Shown here: one piece after another, positions 1-9,063 of the stretch
Layout: each line of letters opens with the position of its first letter
How positions within the stretch are numbered: position 1 is the first letter of the stretch
DNA from: Oceanispirochaeta sp.
GTDB taxonomy: Bacteria > Spirochaetota > Spirochaetia > DSM-2461
DNA: 64,000 bases
Reading direction: 5' to 3'
NCBI GenBank assembly: GCA_963663385.2
Contig: CAXXXD010000002.1
Coordinates: 160,001 to 224,000, forward strand
Program-made: the position numbers and the translations under genes
Notes under the pieces: generated by a model
The model's database searches: none
The model's input: only the letters and a program-made list of their open reading frames with translations
Told to the model about the DNA's origin: nothing

Positions 1-616
1 TCATTTCCTGCAGGTAGGTTTTATACCCGAGAATCCTCTGTTTGATCGTATAAACCGAATCCGAGTAACCGATAAATCCAATTCTGTCAGCCCCTTTTTC
101 ATGAAGGTGTTTTGCGCCTAAATAGCTGCTGTACAAGTTATTAATTCCAACGAAAAGGAAGTTGTGATTCTGATATTGTCTATCGATCAATACTACAGGA
201 ATTCCTATATCGTGGAGTTGTTCCGGCATATTTTTTGATTCGATAGGAGCAATAATCAAACCGCTTATGTTCCGTCCCATCAGCATCTTTATATTTCTTG
301 CTTCCTTTTCTGCATCATCCTCAGAGTCGCAGAAAATAATGGAAATTCCCATATCGGATGCGACTGTTTCAATAGCCTTCGTGATGGCTACATAGTAGTC
401 TTCCCGGATATCTGCAATTATTACACCTACTTTCTCTATTTTGTTAGCCTTCTTGGGTTTAATCCCCCTGTAGTTCAATTCTTCAAGAGTTCTGAGAACC
501 GCTTCCTTTGTATCCTTGTTTACATGCCTGGTTTTATTGATCACATGAGAAACCGTCGTTATGGATACACCGGCTTTTTCGGCTATGGTTTTTAAAGTAA
601 CACTTTTCTGTTTCAT
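1..616 (-). CDS. LacI-family transcriptional regulator (partial, runs off window start)
   Basis: Not in the ORF track. Manual translation from ATG at 616 gives MKQKSVTLKTIAEKAGVSITTVSHVINKTRHV, a classic LacI HTH. Divergent from the sugar operon. Confidence 0.9.
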   Translation of the reverse strand, partial: MKQKSVTLKTIAEKAGVSITTVSHVINKTRHVNKDTKEAVLRTLEELNYRGIKPKKANKIEKVGVIIADIREDYYVAITKAIETVASDMGISIIFCDSEDDAEKEARNIKMLMGRNISGLIIAPIESKNMPEQLHDIGIPVVLIDRQYQNHNFLFVGINNLYSSYLGAKHLHEKGADRIGFIGYSDSVYTIKQRILGYKTYLQEM

Positions 617-679
617 ACCCCTTATTAAACCATAGCTTTTGCAGGGACGCAACAACTCAATAAAAATTTATCGTAAAAA

Positions 680-725
680 TTGCGCAAAAATAAATATTGA
701 CGTGCGCAAAAAGTAATGTGATAAT
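680..725 (+). promoter_or_regulatory. sigma70 promoter with probable LacI operator repeats
   Basis: TTGACG (697-702), 17 bp spacer, TG-n-GATAAT (720-725). TGCGCAAAAA occurs twice (681-690 and 703-712), with palindrome TTGCGCAA at 680-687. Confidence 0.6.
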
Positions 726-756
726 GCAAATGAGTTTCGAAAGGAAGGTAATCAAA

Positions 757-1797
757 TTGCAAGCTGTTGTATTAGAGAAAAAAGGTAAAATAAGCCTGCG
801 TGATTTCGATATGGATGACCCGATAGGTGCTGACGATGTCAGAATTAAACCGTCTTGTGTCGGCATCTGCGGGAGCGATGTGCACTATTACAGAGAGGGA
901 AATATCGGAGATTTTGTTGTGAAAGAACCGATGATCCTGGGTCACGAGGCAAGCGGTATTGTTACAGAAGCAGGTGCCAATGTCAAAGAGTTGAAAGTTG
1001 GAGACAGGGTATGTATGGAACCGGGGATTCCCAATTTTAAAAGTTCCGAAACCCTTCACGGGATGTATAACCTGGATCCGGAAGTCGCATTCTGGGCGAC
1101 TCCCCCTATCCACGGCTGTTTAAGGGAATCCTTCGTGCATCCCGCCAGTCTGACATTCAAGCTGCCGGATAATGTTTCTTTTCATGAAGGCGCTCTGGTT
1201 GAACCTGTGGCAATCGGTATGCATTCGGCTAATAAAGCCGAAATTTCTTCCGGTGATGCTGCTCTGGTTCTGGGGGCCGGAACCATAGGAATCGTTACAG
1301 CCCTTGCTGCAGAATCCTCCGGTTGTTCCAGGGTTTTTATTGCAGATATTAAAAAAGAGAAGCTGGACTTTGTCAGGAAGAATTACAGTGATAAGGTTAC
1401 GGCCATTGATCTGAAATCTCAATCTGTAAAAGAAGTTATGGCGGAAGCCGGTGTGGATCTTGTGGATATCCTGTTTGAGGCGAGCGGAAGTGAGAAAGCT
1501 TTTGATCGGATAGCCGACTATGTAAAGCCGGGCGGGACAATCGTTCTGATCGGAATGCCCGGCAAACCGGTTCCCATCGATGTAGTCTCCCTGCAGGCAA
1601 AAGAGATTCAGGTGAAGACGATTTTCCGATATGTAAATATCTACCCCAGGGTTATCAGTTTAATCTCTTCGGGAAAACTGAATGTTAAACCCCTTGTTAC
1701 AAGCCGTTATGACTTTAAAGATGCCCTGAAAGCTTTTGAATATGCGGCGACTCTTCCGGATAACGAGATCAAAATAATGATTGATACGAATTTCTGA
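757..1797 (+). CDS. Zn-dependent polyol dehydrogenase (xylitol dehydrogenase / D-xylulose reductase type)
   Basis: [17 protein letters not shown] and Rossmann GAGTIG motifs. Lacks the 4-Cys structural Zn site. TTG start at 757 follows GGAAGG; xylulokinase is in the same operon. Confidence 0.8.
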   Translation: MQAVVLEKKGKISLRDFDMDDPIGADDVRIKPSCVGICGSDVHYYREGNIGDFVVKEPMILGHEASGIVTEAGANVKELKVGDRVCMEPGIPNFKSSETLHGMYNLDPEVAFWATPPIHGCLRESFVHPASLTFKLPDNVSFHEGALVEPVAIGMHSANKAEISSGDAALVLGAGTIGIVTALAAESSGCSRVFIADIKKEKLDFVRKNYSDKVTAIDLKSQSVKEVMAEAGVDLVDILFEASGSEKAFDRIADYVKPGGTIVLIGMPGKPVPIDVVSLQAKEIQVKTIFRYVNIYPRVISLISSGKLNVKPLVTSRYDFKDALKAFEYAATLPDNEIKIMIDTNF

Positions 1798-1854
1798 TAT
1801 TTTTACTATTGCGAATCATGGCTTTGGCCATAGAATTAATAAGGAGAATTGATT

Positions 1855-2811
1855 ATGAAGAAGATTATGTTTTTGATGCTGGTAGTCTGTCTGGCTGCCA
1901 TCCCTGCCTTTGCGAATGGACAGGCTGAAGACGACGGTACCTACAAAGTAGCCTATATTGCACGGGCTCAGGCAGACTCTTTTGCCGCATGGCTGGCAAA
2001 TGCTGTTATGGAAGAAGCGGATAAGTATGATGACATCACTGTTAAGGTTTTTGACGGTCAGGCATCAGATGACAAAGTAAACTCTCTAATTGAAAATGCT
2101 ATTGTTAACAAGTTTGATGCAATCATAATTCAGCCCAACAATGGAGAGTCCCAGAGACCGTATGCTGAAAAAGTAGTTGAAGCCGGAATCATCTGTCTGA
2201 CGACAAATGCCCGTATTTCCGGTATTAAAGGAGCCTCTTCTGTTGATGCCGATCCCTATGAACAGGCTGCCGTTAATGCCCGCGCTGCTATTAAACAGAT
2301 TCCCCAGGGAGCCAATGTTGTCGTTCTGCAGGGTCCTCCCGGAAACTTCCATGCTGACGAAAGAAGAAAAAGCTGGCAGAAAGAGTTCTTTGACAAAAGA
2401 CCTGATGTAACAATCGTAGGTGAGCAGATTGCCAACTGGAACAAAGATGAAGCCATGAGTCTTATGGAAGACTGGGTTCAGGCTAACGACAAAATCGATG
2501 CCATCATTGCCATGAATGACAATATGTGTGCCGGAGCTCTGGAAATTGTTAAAGATAACAGCGCCTATTCCGATATCCTGGCTTATGGTGTAGACGGAAC
2601 AGCAGAAGCTGTACTGCTGATTGAAGAAGGGCTAATGACTTCTACCTGCCTGCAGAGCGCCTATGCTCTGGCTGAAAACCTGCTGGAAGTAAGCCACAAG
2701 CTGCTGACTGGTGAAGAAACCCAGATGGATGTTGATATCGATGCACCTCTCGTAACAAAAGATAATGTTAAGGAATACATTGAAATGCATAAAAGAGCCG
2801 GTGCTCTTTAA
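1855..2811 (+). CDS. Sugar ABC transporter substrate-binding protein (RbsB-like)
   Basis: Signal peptide ending AFANGQAE; AMNDNMCAGA and GVDG motifs; AAGGAG SD. Confidence 0.9.
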   Translation: MKKIMFLMLVVCLAAIPAFANGQAEDDGTYKVAYIARAQADSFAAWLANAVMEEADKYDDITVKVFDGQASDDKVNSLIENAIVNKFDAIIIQPNNGESQRPYAEKVVEAGIICLTTNARISGIKGASSVDADPYEQAAVNARAAIKQIPQGANVVVLQGPPGNFHADERRKSWQKEFFDKRPDVTIVGEQIANWNKDEAMSLMEDWVQANDKIDAIIAMNDNMCAGALEIVKDNSAYSDILAYGVDGTAEAVLLIEEGLMTSTCLQSAYALAENLLEVSHKLLTGEETQMDVDIDAPLVTKDNVKEYIEMHKRAGAL

Positions 2812-2833
2812 TTTCAGGATCTGCTGATCGTAT

Positions 2834-2867
2834 GGTTCCGGCGGGCATTTGCCGCCGGAGCTTTTTT
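2834..2867 (+). terminator. Stem-loop after the SBP gene (partial terminator or mRNA stabiliser)
   Basis: GTTCCGGCGG...CCGCCGGAGC followed by TTTTTT. Confidence 0.6.
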
Positions 2868-2889
2868 AAATCTTAGAATAGGATTAAAA

Positions 2890-4404
2890 ATGGAAGAAAT
2901 CAAGTTAAAGGTTTCCGGTATTGAAAAATCATTCCCTGGTGTAAAAGCTCTGGATAATATTAATTTTTCTGTGAGCAGAGGGACAGTCCATGTTCTCTGT
3001 GGAGAAAATGGTGCCGGAAAATCTACTCTGATGAAGATTATCAATGGTGTCTATAAGCCTGATGAGGGATCAATCACCATTGATGGTCAGGACGTCGAGA
3101 TTAAAAATCCGATTCAGGCGAGAGCACATGGTATTTCAATGATTTTCCAGGAATTGAATTATATCCCTGAAATGACAGTGGAGGAGAGTCTTTTTGTAGG
3201 TCGTCTGCCGGTAAACAAATTTCATAAAGTTGACTGGAAGGAAATCCGTATAAGAACTATGGAGCTGTTGGAGGCTGAAGGATTGCCTTACTCTCCAACA
3301 ACACAGCTTAAAGACCTTTCAGTTTCAGATATACAGATGCTGGAGATTCTGAAAGCAATTTCCTACCAGTCAGATATTATCATAATGGATGAACCCACTT
3401 CAGCCATTACCGATAAGGAAGTTGCTCTGCTGTTTGAAAAAATAGATAAACTGAAAAAGAATGGAGCCAGTATCATTTATATCTCCCATAAAATGGATGA
3501 GATTTTCCAGATAGCTGATGAAATAACTGTTCTGAGAGACGGAAGCGTAATTGAAACAAGAAATAAAGATGATATTACTATAGATGAAGTTATTTCCCTG
3601 ATGGTTGGAAGGGAGCTGTCAAGCGAATATCCCAAGGAAGATGTTCCTCTGGGCGATGAAATCTTTTCTGTCCGGAATCTGACGAGTCCGGGTAATTTTG
3701 AAAAGATCAGTTTTAACCTGAAAGACGGCGAGATTGTCGGTTTTGCCGGACTTATGGGTGCGGGACGTACCGAGATTATGAGAGCCGTCTTCGGTCTAGA
3801 CCCTTTTACCGATGGCGAAATCCGGAAGAGGGGGGAGTCTATAGACAACAGCACTGTTGAAAAAAGTATTAAGAATGGTATTGTTATGCTCTCTGAAGAC
3901 AGACGCCGTTTCGGTATTATTCCGGTTCGAGGTGTACGGGAAAACGTCTCTCTGGCAAACCTGAAAAAGTTTTTTTATAAAGGGCATCTGCATTCCAGGG
4001 ATGAAATTAATGAAATTCAGAATATCTGCCAGCAAATGAAAGTTAAAACTCCCACTCTTGAAACATCAATCAGTTCCCTGAGTGGCGGTAATCAACAAAA
4101 GGTCGTTCTGGCCAAATGGATGATTAATGACCCTGATGTGCTGATAATGGATGAACCGACCCGTGGTATAGACATCGGAGCCAAGTATGAGATTTATAAG
4201 TTGATGACCTCCTTTGTAAAGAAGAAAAAAGCAATCATCATGGTTTCGTCAGAGCTGCCGGAGTTAATCGGTATGTGTGATCGTATCTATGTCATGTCCA
4301 AAGGACATCTCATGGGCTGTCTCAACCGAGATGAATTTTCCCAGGAAACCATTATGAAAATGGCAACAGGCGTAATGAAAAAGGAGTCTGATAATGAAAT
4401 CTAA
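2890..4404 (+). CDS. Sugar ABC transporter ATP-binding protein (RbsA/MglA type, two NBDs)
   Basis: GENGAGKST, MDEPT, LSGGNQQK, DEPTRGID. Confidence 0.95.
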   Translation: MEEIKLKVSGIEKSFPGVKALDNINFSVSRGTVHVLCGENGAGKSTLMKIINGVYKPDEGSITIDGQDVEIKNPIQARAHGISMIFQELNYIPEMTVEESLFVGRLPVNKFHKVDWKEIRIRTMELLEAEGLPYSPTTQLKDLSVSDIQMLEILKAISYQSDIIIMDEPTSAITDKEVALLFEKIDKLKKNGASIIYISHKMDEIFQIADEITVLRDGSVIETRNKDDITIDEVISLMVGRELSSEYPKEDVPLGDEIFSVRNLTSPGNFEKISFNLKDGEIVGFAGLMGAGRTEIMRAVFGLDPFTDGEIRKRGESIDNSTVEKSIKNGIVMLSEDRRRFGIIPVRGVRENVSLANLKKFFYKGHLHSRDEINEIQNICQQMKVKTPTLETSISSLSGGNQQKVVLAKWMINDPDVLIMDEPTRGIDIGAKYEIYKLMTSFVKKKKAIIMVSSELPELIGMCDRIYVMSKGHLMGCLNRDEFSQETIMKMATGVMKKESDNEI

Positions 4405-5380
4405 AATTCTGAATTTCTGGGATACCGCAAAAAACAAATACAGTATCCTTCTTGTACTGATCGCCCTGACGATCGTATCTACTTTGATTAATCCAAACTT
4501 TCTGACTGGAGCCAACCTGTCAAATGTTTCCCGTCAGATTGCTGTTACTACCATTCTGGCATTTGGCGAAACCATTCTGATCATCTGTGGAATGCTCGAC
4601 CTTTCATCAGGATCTGTACTGGCTCTCTCGGGAGTGTTGTCCGTCTCTGTTTTTAAAATGACGGGGAGCTTGCCGGCTGCCTTTTTTGTCGCTGTTTTTG
4701 TCGCAGTATTCTGCAACCTGATTAATGCTTTGATGGTTACCAGGTTTAAAACGCCTCCCTTTATTGCCACTCTGGCCATGCTGGCAATGGCACGAGGCGC
4801 CGCACTGCTTTATACAAAAGGACAGAATATCTACCAGATTGGGGGTTATACGGTTTTCGGTCAGGGATTTATAGGGTTCATACCGACCCCGGTTGTTTTC
4901 CTGATTATCCTCTTTATAGCAACCTGGTATATTCTGAATCATACAAGGTTTGGGCGTTCTCTTTTTGCCATAGGGGGGAATGAAGAGGCGGCAAATGCCT
5001 CTGGTATCAATGTAAACAGGAATAAAGTATACGCCTTTATTGTAAATGGTGTTCTGGTGGGTATAGCCGGTGTTCTTTTTATGTCTCGTGTTAACTCGGG
5101 ACTTCCCAACGGTGCAATAGGTTATGAATTCGAAGCTTTGACATCTTCGGTTATCGGTGGAACCAGTTTTACCGGCGGTATCGGTACGGCAGGAGGTACT
5201 GTAGCCGGTGCATTTATTGTCGGGTTTCTGAATAACATTATGAATCTGACCAATGTAAACTCCTATCTGCAGCAGATTGTAAGAGGTGCCATTATCGCTC
5301 TGGCTGTAATGTATGATATCAATTCAAAGTCTAAGAAAAACAAAAAGAAGCTTGGAAATATTACAGAGAAAAAAGCATAA
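4394..5380 (+). CDS. Sugar ABC transporter permease (RbsC type)
   Basis: Hydrophobic; PPFIATLA, GRSLFAIGGNEEAA, VIGGTSFTGG. Confidence 0.95.
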   Translation: MKSKILNFWDTAKNKYSILLVLIALTIVSTLINPNFLTGANLSNVSRQIAVTTILAFGETILIICGMLDLSSGSVLALSGVLSVSVFKMTGSLPAAFFVAVFVAVFCNLINALMVTRFKTPPFIATLAMLAMARGAALLYTKGQNIYQIGGYTVFGQGFIGFIPTPVVFLIILFIATWYILNHTRFGRSLFAIGGNEEAANASGINVNRNKVYAFIVNGVLVGIAGVLFMSRVNSGLPNGAIGYEFEALTSSVIGGTSFTGGIGTAGGTVAGAFIVGFLNNIMNLTNVNSYLQQIVRGAIIALAVMYDINSKSKKNKKKLGNITEKKA

Positions 5381-5446
5381 TAATCCAATTGCATAAGAGG
5401 CGTAAGGAATAACCCTTGCGCCTTTATTAACTGGGAGTCGGAAACA

Positions 5447-6940
5447 ATGAAAACTGTAATCGGTATTGATAACGGTACACAGAGTACTAAAGTCATATTT
5501 TATGATTTTGAGAATAAGGAGATCGTCGCATCAGCGTCTGCTCCGCATGAGCTGATAAGTCTGGAGGATGGTACCAGGGAGCAGAAAGCTTCCTGGTGGA
5601 TCGATGCACTTCAGAGCTGTTTTGATCAAATTGATCCGGAAATCAAAAAAACAGCCATTGCGGCTGGTGTTTCAGGGCAGCAGCATGGCTTTGTTCCCCT
5701 TGATGTCGAAGGGAACGTTCTCAGGAATGTGAAACTCTGGTGTGATACATCTACTGCCGCAGAGTGCGCTGAACTGAGTGATGCATTTGGCGGCGATACG
5801 AAACTGCTGAATGAAGTAGGGAACCTGATACTGCCCGGTTATACTGCTTCCAAGATTCTCTGGTTCAGGAAGAATCATCCCGACGAATATGCCAGAATGG
5901 CCCATATCCTTCTGCCCCATGATTATCTGAACTATTACCTGACTGGTGAGTATGTTATGGAATTCGGTGATGCCTCCGGTACGGCTCTTCTGGATGTGAA
6001 GACCAGAACCTGGCATAACGACCTTGTGAAGGTCCTGGATCCGGAGAGGAGCCTGTTCGACTGTCTGCCGAAGCTTATCGAGTCACGGGAAGTGGCCGGC
6101 CATATTCTGGACGATGTCGCCGGAAAACTGGGAATTCCCGCCGGAATTCCCGTTTCCTCCGGAGGAGGTGACAATATGATGGGCGCTGTGGGCACGGGAA
6201 CGAACCGGGCCGGTGTTCTGACCATGAGTCTGGGGACCAGCGGAACCCTCTACGGCTATTCGGATTCTCCGGTGATTGATCCGGATGGTCACCTTGCTTC
6301 CTTCTGTTCCAGTACCGGGGGCTGGCTGCCTCTTCTCTGTACCATGAACTGTACAGTCGCTACTGAGCAGATGCGGCAGCTTTTCGAATATGGTGTAAAG
6401 GAATTTGATGAACTGGGGGCTTCCGCCCCTGCAGGGAGCGAAGGGATTTTGACTCTGCCTTTCTTTAATGGTGAACGGATTCCCAATTTCCCCAACGGGA
6501 AGGGTTGTATTATGGGAATGACAGCAGGCAACGTGAAGAAGGAGAATATCTTCCGTTCTGCTCTGGAATCGGCGATTCTGGGGATGAAACTGGGAGTGGA
6601 TTCCTTTCTGAAACTGGGGTTTAAGGCCCGGGAAGTCCGTTTGATCGGCGGCGGAGCCAACTCAGCAGTGTGGCGTCAGATTACAGCGGATATTCTGAAT
6701 CTGCCTGTTGTTGTTCCGGAAGCGTCAGAAGCGGCTGCCCTGGGAGGAGCCCTGCAGGCACTCTGGTGTTATAATTCTCTGCAGGGAGATGCGGGAAGTA
6801 TCAGTGCCCTGGTTGATGAGCATGTGGTGCTGGACGAAAGGAAAAGCTGTACCCCCAATCCGCAAAATGTTGAGGTCTATAAAAAGGTTTACGCTGATTA
6901 TACAGCCTATGTCGGTGCCCTGAGCGGTCTTTTCAGCTGA
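5447..6940 (+). CDS. xylB: Xylulokinase (FGGY family)
   Basis: GIDNGTQSTK, SGQQHG, KLWCDT, GGGDNMMGAVG, SLGTSG, FFNGER. Confidence 0.85.
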   Translation: MKTVIGIDNGTQSTKVIFYDFENKEIVASASAPHELISLEDGTREQKASWWIDALQSCFDQIDPEIKKTAIAAGVSGQQHGFVPLDVEGNVLRNVKLWCDTSTAAECAELSDAFGGDTKLLNEVGNLILPGYTASKILWFRKNHPDEYARMAHILLPHDYLNYYLTGEYVMEFGDASGTALLDVKTRTWHNDLVKVLDPERSLFDCLPKLIESREVAGHILDDVAGKLGIPAGIPVSSGGGDNMMGAVGTGTNRAGVLTMSLGTSGTLYGYSDSPVIDPDGHLASFCSSTGGWLPLLCTMNCTVATEQMRQLFEYGVKEFDELGASAPAGSEGILTLPFFNGERIPNFPNGKGCIMGMTAGNVKKENIFRSALESAILGMKLGVDSFLKLGFKAREVRLIGGGANSAVWRQITADILNLPVVVPEASEAAALGGALQALWCYNSLQGDAGSISALVDEHVVLDERKSCTPNPQNVEVYKKVYADYTAYVGALSGLFS

Positions 6941-6982
6941 TTCGCCTCCCCTCGCAGGATCCCCATAGATAATGGAACTACT

Positions 6983-7007
6983 GATCCCTGAGCGGAGTCG
7001 AGGGGTC
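6983..7007 (+). repeat. REP-like short palindromic repeat, copy 1
   Basis: GATCCCTGAGCGGAGTCGAGGGGTC is 23/25 identical to the reverse complement of 34864-34888. It sits between convergent genes. Confidence 0.65.
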
Positions 7008-8283
7008 AGTACTCGTATTTCATACGGATATAAAAATTATCATAATCGTATGAACGGACCAGGCTGTTGTCCGATGGTTCTCCCGTATTGATATCCGCCC
7101 CGGTTTCCAGTTTTAAACGGTCGGATAAGGCATAGGAGACCCGGGGGGCAAAGTAGATATTCGGGTGAAGGTATCCCGCATTCATTCCCAGGTAGAGTTT
7201 TTCCCTCAGAAAGCTTTTGTGCAGGTGAACGATAGCAAAGGCTATATGCTCCCGGGGCTGGATAAAGTAATCACTAAACTCATCTTTCAAAGTGTCGTAC
7301 AAGGCGCTGTCATAAACCTCATCCGTTTCATCATAGTTCAGAATATACTGGTAGATAATATTCACCTGGGCAAATGTTCCGTTCAGAATAGTACGGGTAA
7401 ACTGGGTGTCTGCTGTAATAAAGGAGTTTTTGACTCCCGGATCCTTTCCGTCCGGATCGTCTGTCATGGTAAACGCAAGATCTTCTGAAATTACCGTATT
7501 TCCGACGGTGGCGCTTATCCCGGCTCCAAACAGATTGTTTCGGCTGTAGTCTAAATCTGCTGTACCGATCAAATCCGTCGTGGTTTCTTCCAGATCCGAC
7601 AGGTCGAATCCGGGGGCCTGATCCGTATACCATCCATATACCAGCTGCAGATCGTAGCTGGGGGAAAAATGGTAGTAGCGCAAAAAGAGAGAATGGGGAT
7701 TTGCTGTTAAAAAGGGCTGATCTTCAAAATCAAGCGCAACGCTGCTGTCTGACATTTCTATGCATCCTCTGGGCTCATAATTCGGCCTGGGAAAGGGGAT
7801 GTAGATCAGTTCAAGGGTATCGTCGAAATTCGGGTAGTACTGGATCTGCAGCATCAGATCGGCTCTTTTGGCATCGTAGGGATCGTCCAGGCTGAACAGG
7901 ACGGGATTACTGCCGTTGATAACATTGAGGGGACTGAACACATCGGCAAAGCCGAAGGTCTCATATTTCTGGCCGAGGGAAAGATCAAAATCACCCAGTG
8001 GAAAGGAAAAAAAGGCTTCCCGCAGGATATTGGACGGGTCAACAAAGCCCTCCTCCCCTATTGGCTCATACCATACGTTGGCAGAGGCTGTAAAATCCAC
8101 CGCATAATTGAAAAGGGACGCCTGAAACTCCGGTTGGGCATAGTAGCGGTTCCTCAGATTGTCATAATCCTCTCCGTTTTCTATCCGGCCGTAGTAGTCA
8201 ATATAACTTAAAAACCGGAACTCTCCCGCCGACAGAATGGAGAGCGTCGCCGTCAGGAGTAATGCGCTAAGAAATTTCTTCAT
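7006..8283 (-). CDS. Putative outer-membrane beta-barrel protein (DUF1302-like)
   Basis: Signal peptide; LREAF...DLSLGQK; C-terminal aromatic motif YIRMKYEY; operonic with the LolA-like and MMPL genes. Confidence 0.6.
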   Translation of the reverse strand: MKKFLSALLLTATLSILSAGEFRFLSYIDYYGRIENGEDYDNLRNRYYAQPEFQASLFNYAVDFTASANVWYEPIGEEGFVDPSNILREAFFSFPLGDFDLSLGQKYETFGFADVFSPLNVINGSNPVLFSLDDPYDAKRADLMLQIQYYPNFDDTLELIYIPFPRPNYEPRGCIEMSDSSVALDFEDQPFLTANPHSLFLRYYHFSPSYDLQLVYGWYTDQAPGFDLSDLEETTTDLIGTADLDYSRNNLFGAGISATVGNTVISEDLAFTMTDDPDGKDPGVKNSFITADTQFTRTILNGTFAQVNIIYQYILNYDETDEVYDSALYDTLKDEFSDYFIQPREHIAFAIVHLHKSFLREKLYLGMNAGYLHPNIYFAPRVSYALSDRLKLETGADINTGEPSDNSLVRSYDYDNFYIRMKYEY

Positions 8284-9063
8284 CTATCTGTTTCTCAGGT
8301 AGCGTGTGGTAAAGATGTTTTCGGGGATCTCATCCATATTATAGTCAAAGAACTCCAGTACTGACTTGTGGTCCGACTGGACATTGTGCATGGTGATTCT
8401 GGTGGGATAGATGGATTCTCCCCTTTTCAGGATCTCTCCAACCCGGTAGGTCTTCAGAAGATTTTCCGAGAGGTCGTAGTAGTCTCTGCCGAAAAGGTAG
8501 TGATCCGACTGGCTGTAGTAATTGACCATATAGCTGTAGCCCATTTTCTGCCTCTGTTCCAGATCACTGGCCCAGTCTTTAATAACGTAACAGGGATGAC
8601 CGTCCAGAATCTCCTCTCCCAGGTATTCCCGCTGGTAATCCTCCTGGGTTTTCATAATGAAATCGGCGTACGTAAAGTCGCTGCCCATAAAATAGCCGCC
8701 TCCGGACTGTTCCAGAGCGATTCTTTTAATCCTTTTTACAGCGGGAAGGTAGATCCACATATTGCTGTCCTCCCCATTGAAATAGGTATGGAGGAGAAGG
8801 CCTGTGTCCCGCACAGTAGGGGGAAAATCAAAGAGAAAGAGTATATTCGTCTGGTCTTCATCAATAACTTTCTGGTAGGCCTTTGCTTCAATTTCCCGGA
8901 CATCCCCTTTTTTGGATATCATTTTTACTTTTAGGGAACCTGAAAGATTGGGAAAGCTGAGAGAATGTATAAAATCACTCATGATTTTATCGACTCTCGC
9001 ATCCGCTGCCGCTGCAGGCATAATCATTACAAACAGAAGAAACAGAAAAATTATCTTTTTCAT
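8284..9063 (-). CDS. Outer-membrane lipoprotein-sorting (LolA-like) protein
   Basis: WIYLPAVKRIKRI, FMGSDFTYAD, C-terminal IFTTRYL; signal peptide. Confidence 0.85.
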   Translation of the reverse strand: MKKIIFLFLLFVMIMPAAAADARVDKIMSDFIHSLSFPNLSGSLKVKMISKKGDVREIEAKAYQKVIDEDQTNILFLFDFPPTVRDTGLLLHTYFNGEDSNMWIYLPAVKRIKRIALEQSGGGYFMGSDFTYADFIMKTQEDYQREYLGEEILDGHPCYVIKDWASDLEQRQKMGYSYMVNYYSQSDHYLFGRDYYDLSENLLKTYRVGEILKRGESIYPTRITMHNVQSDHKSVLEFFDYNMDEIPENIFTTRYLRNR

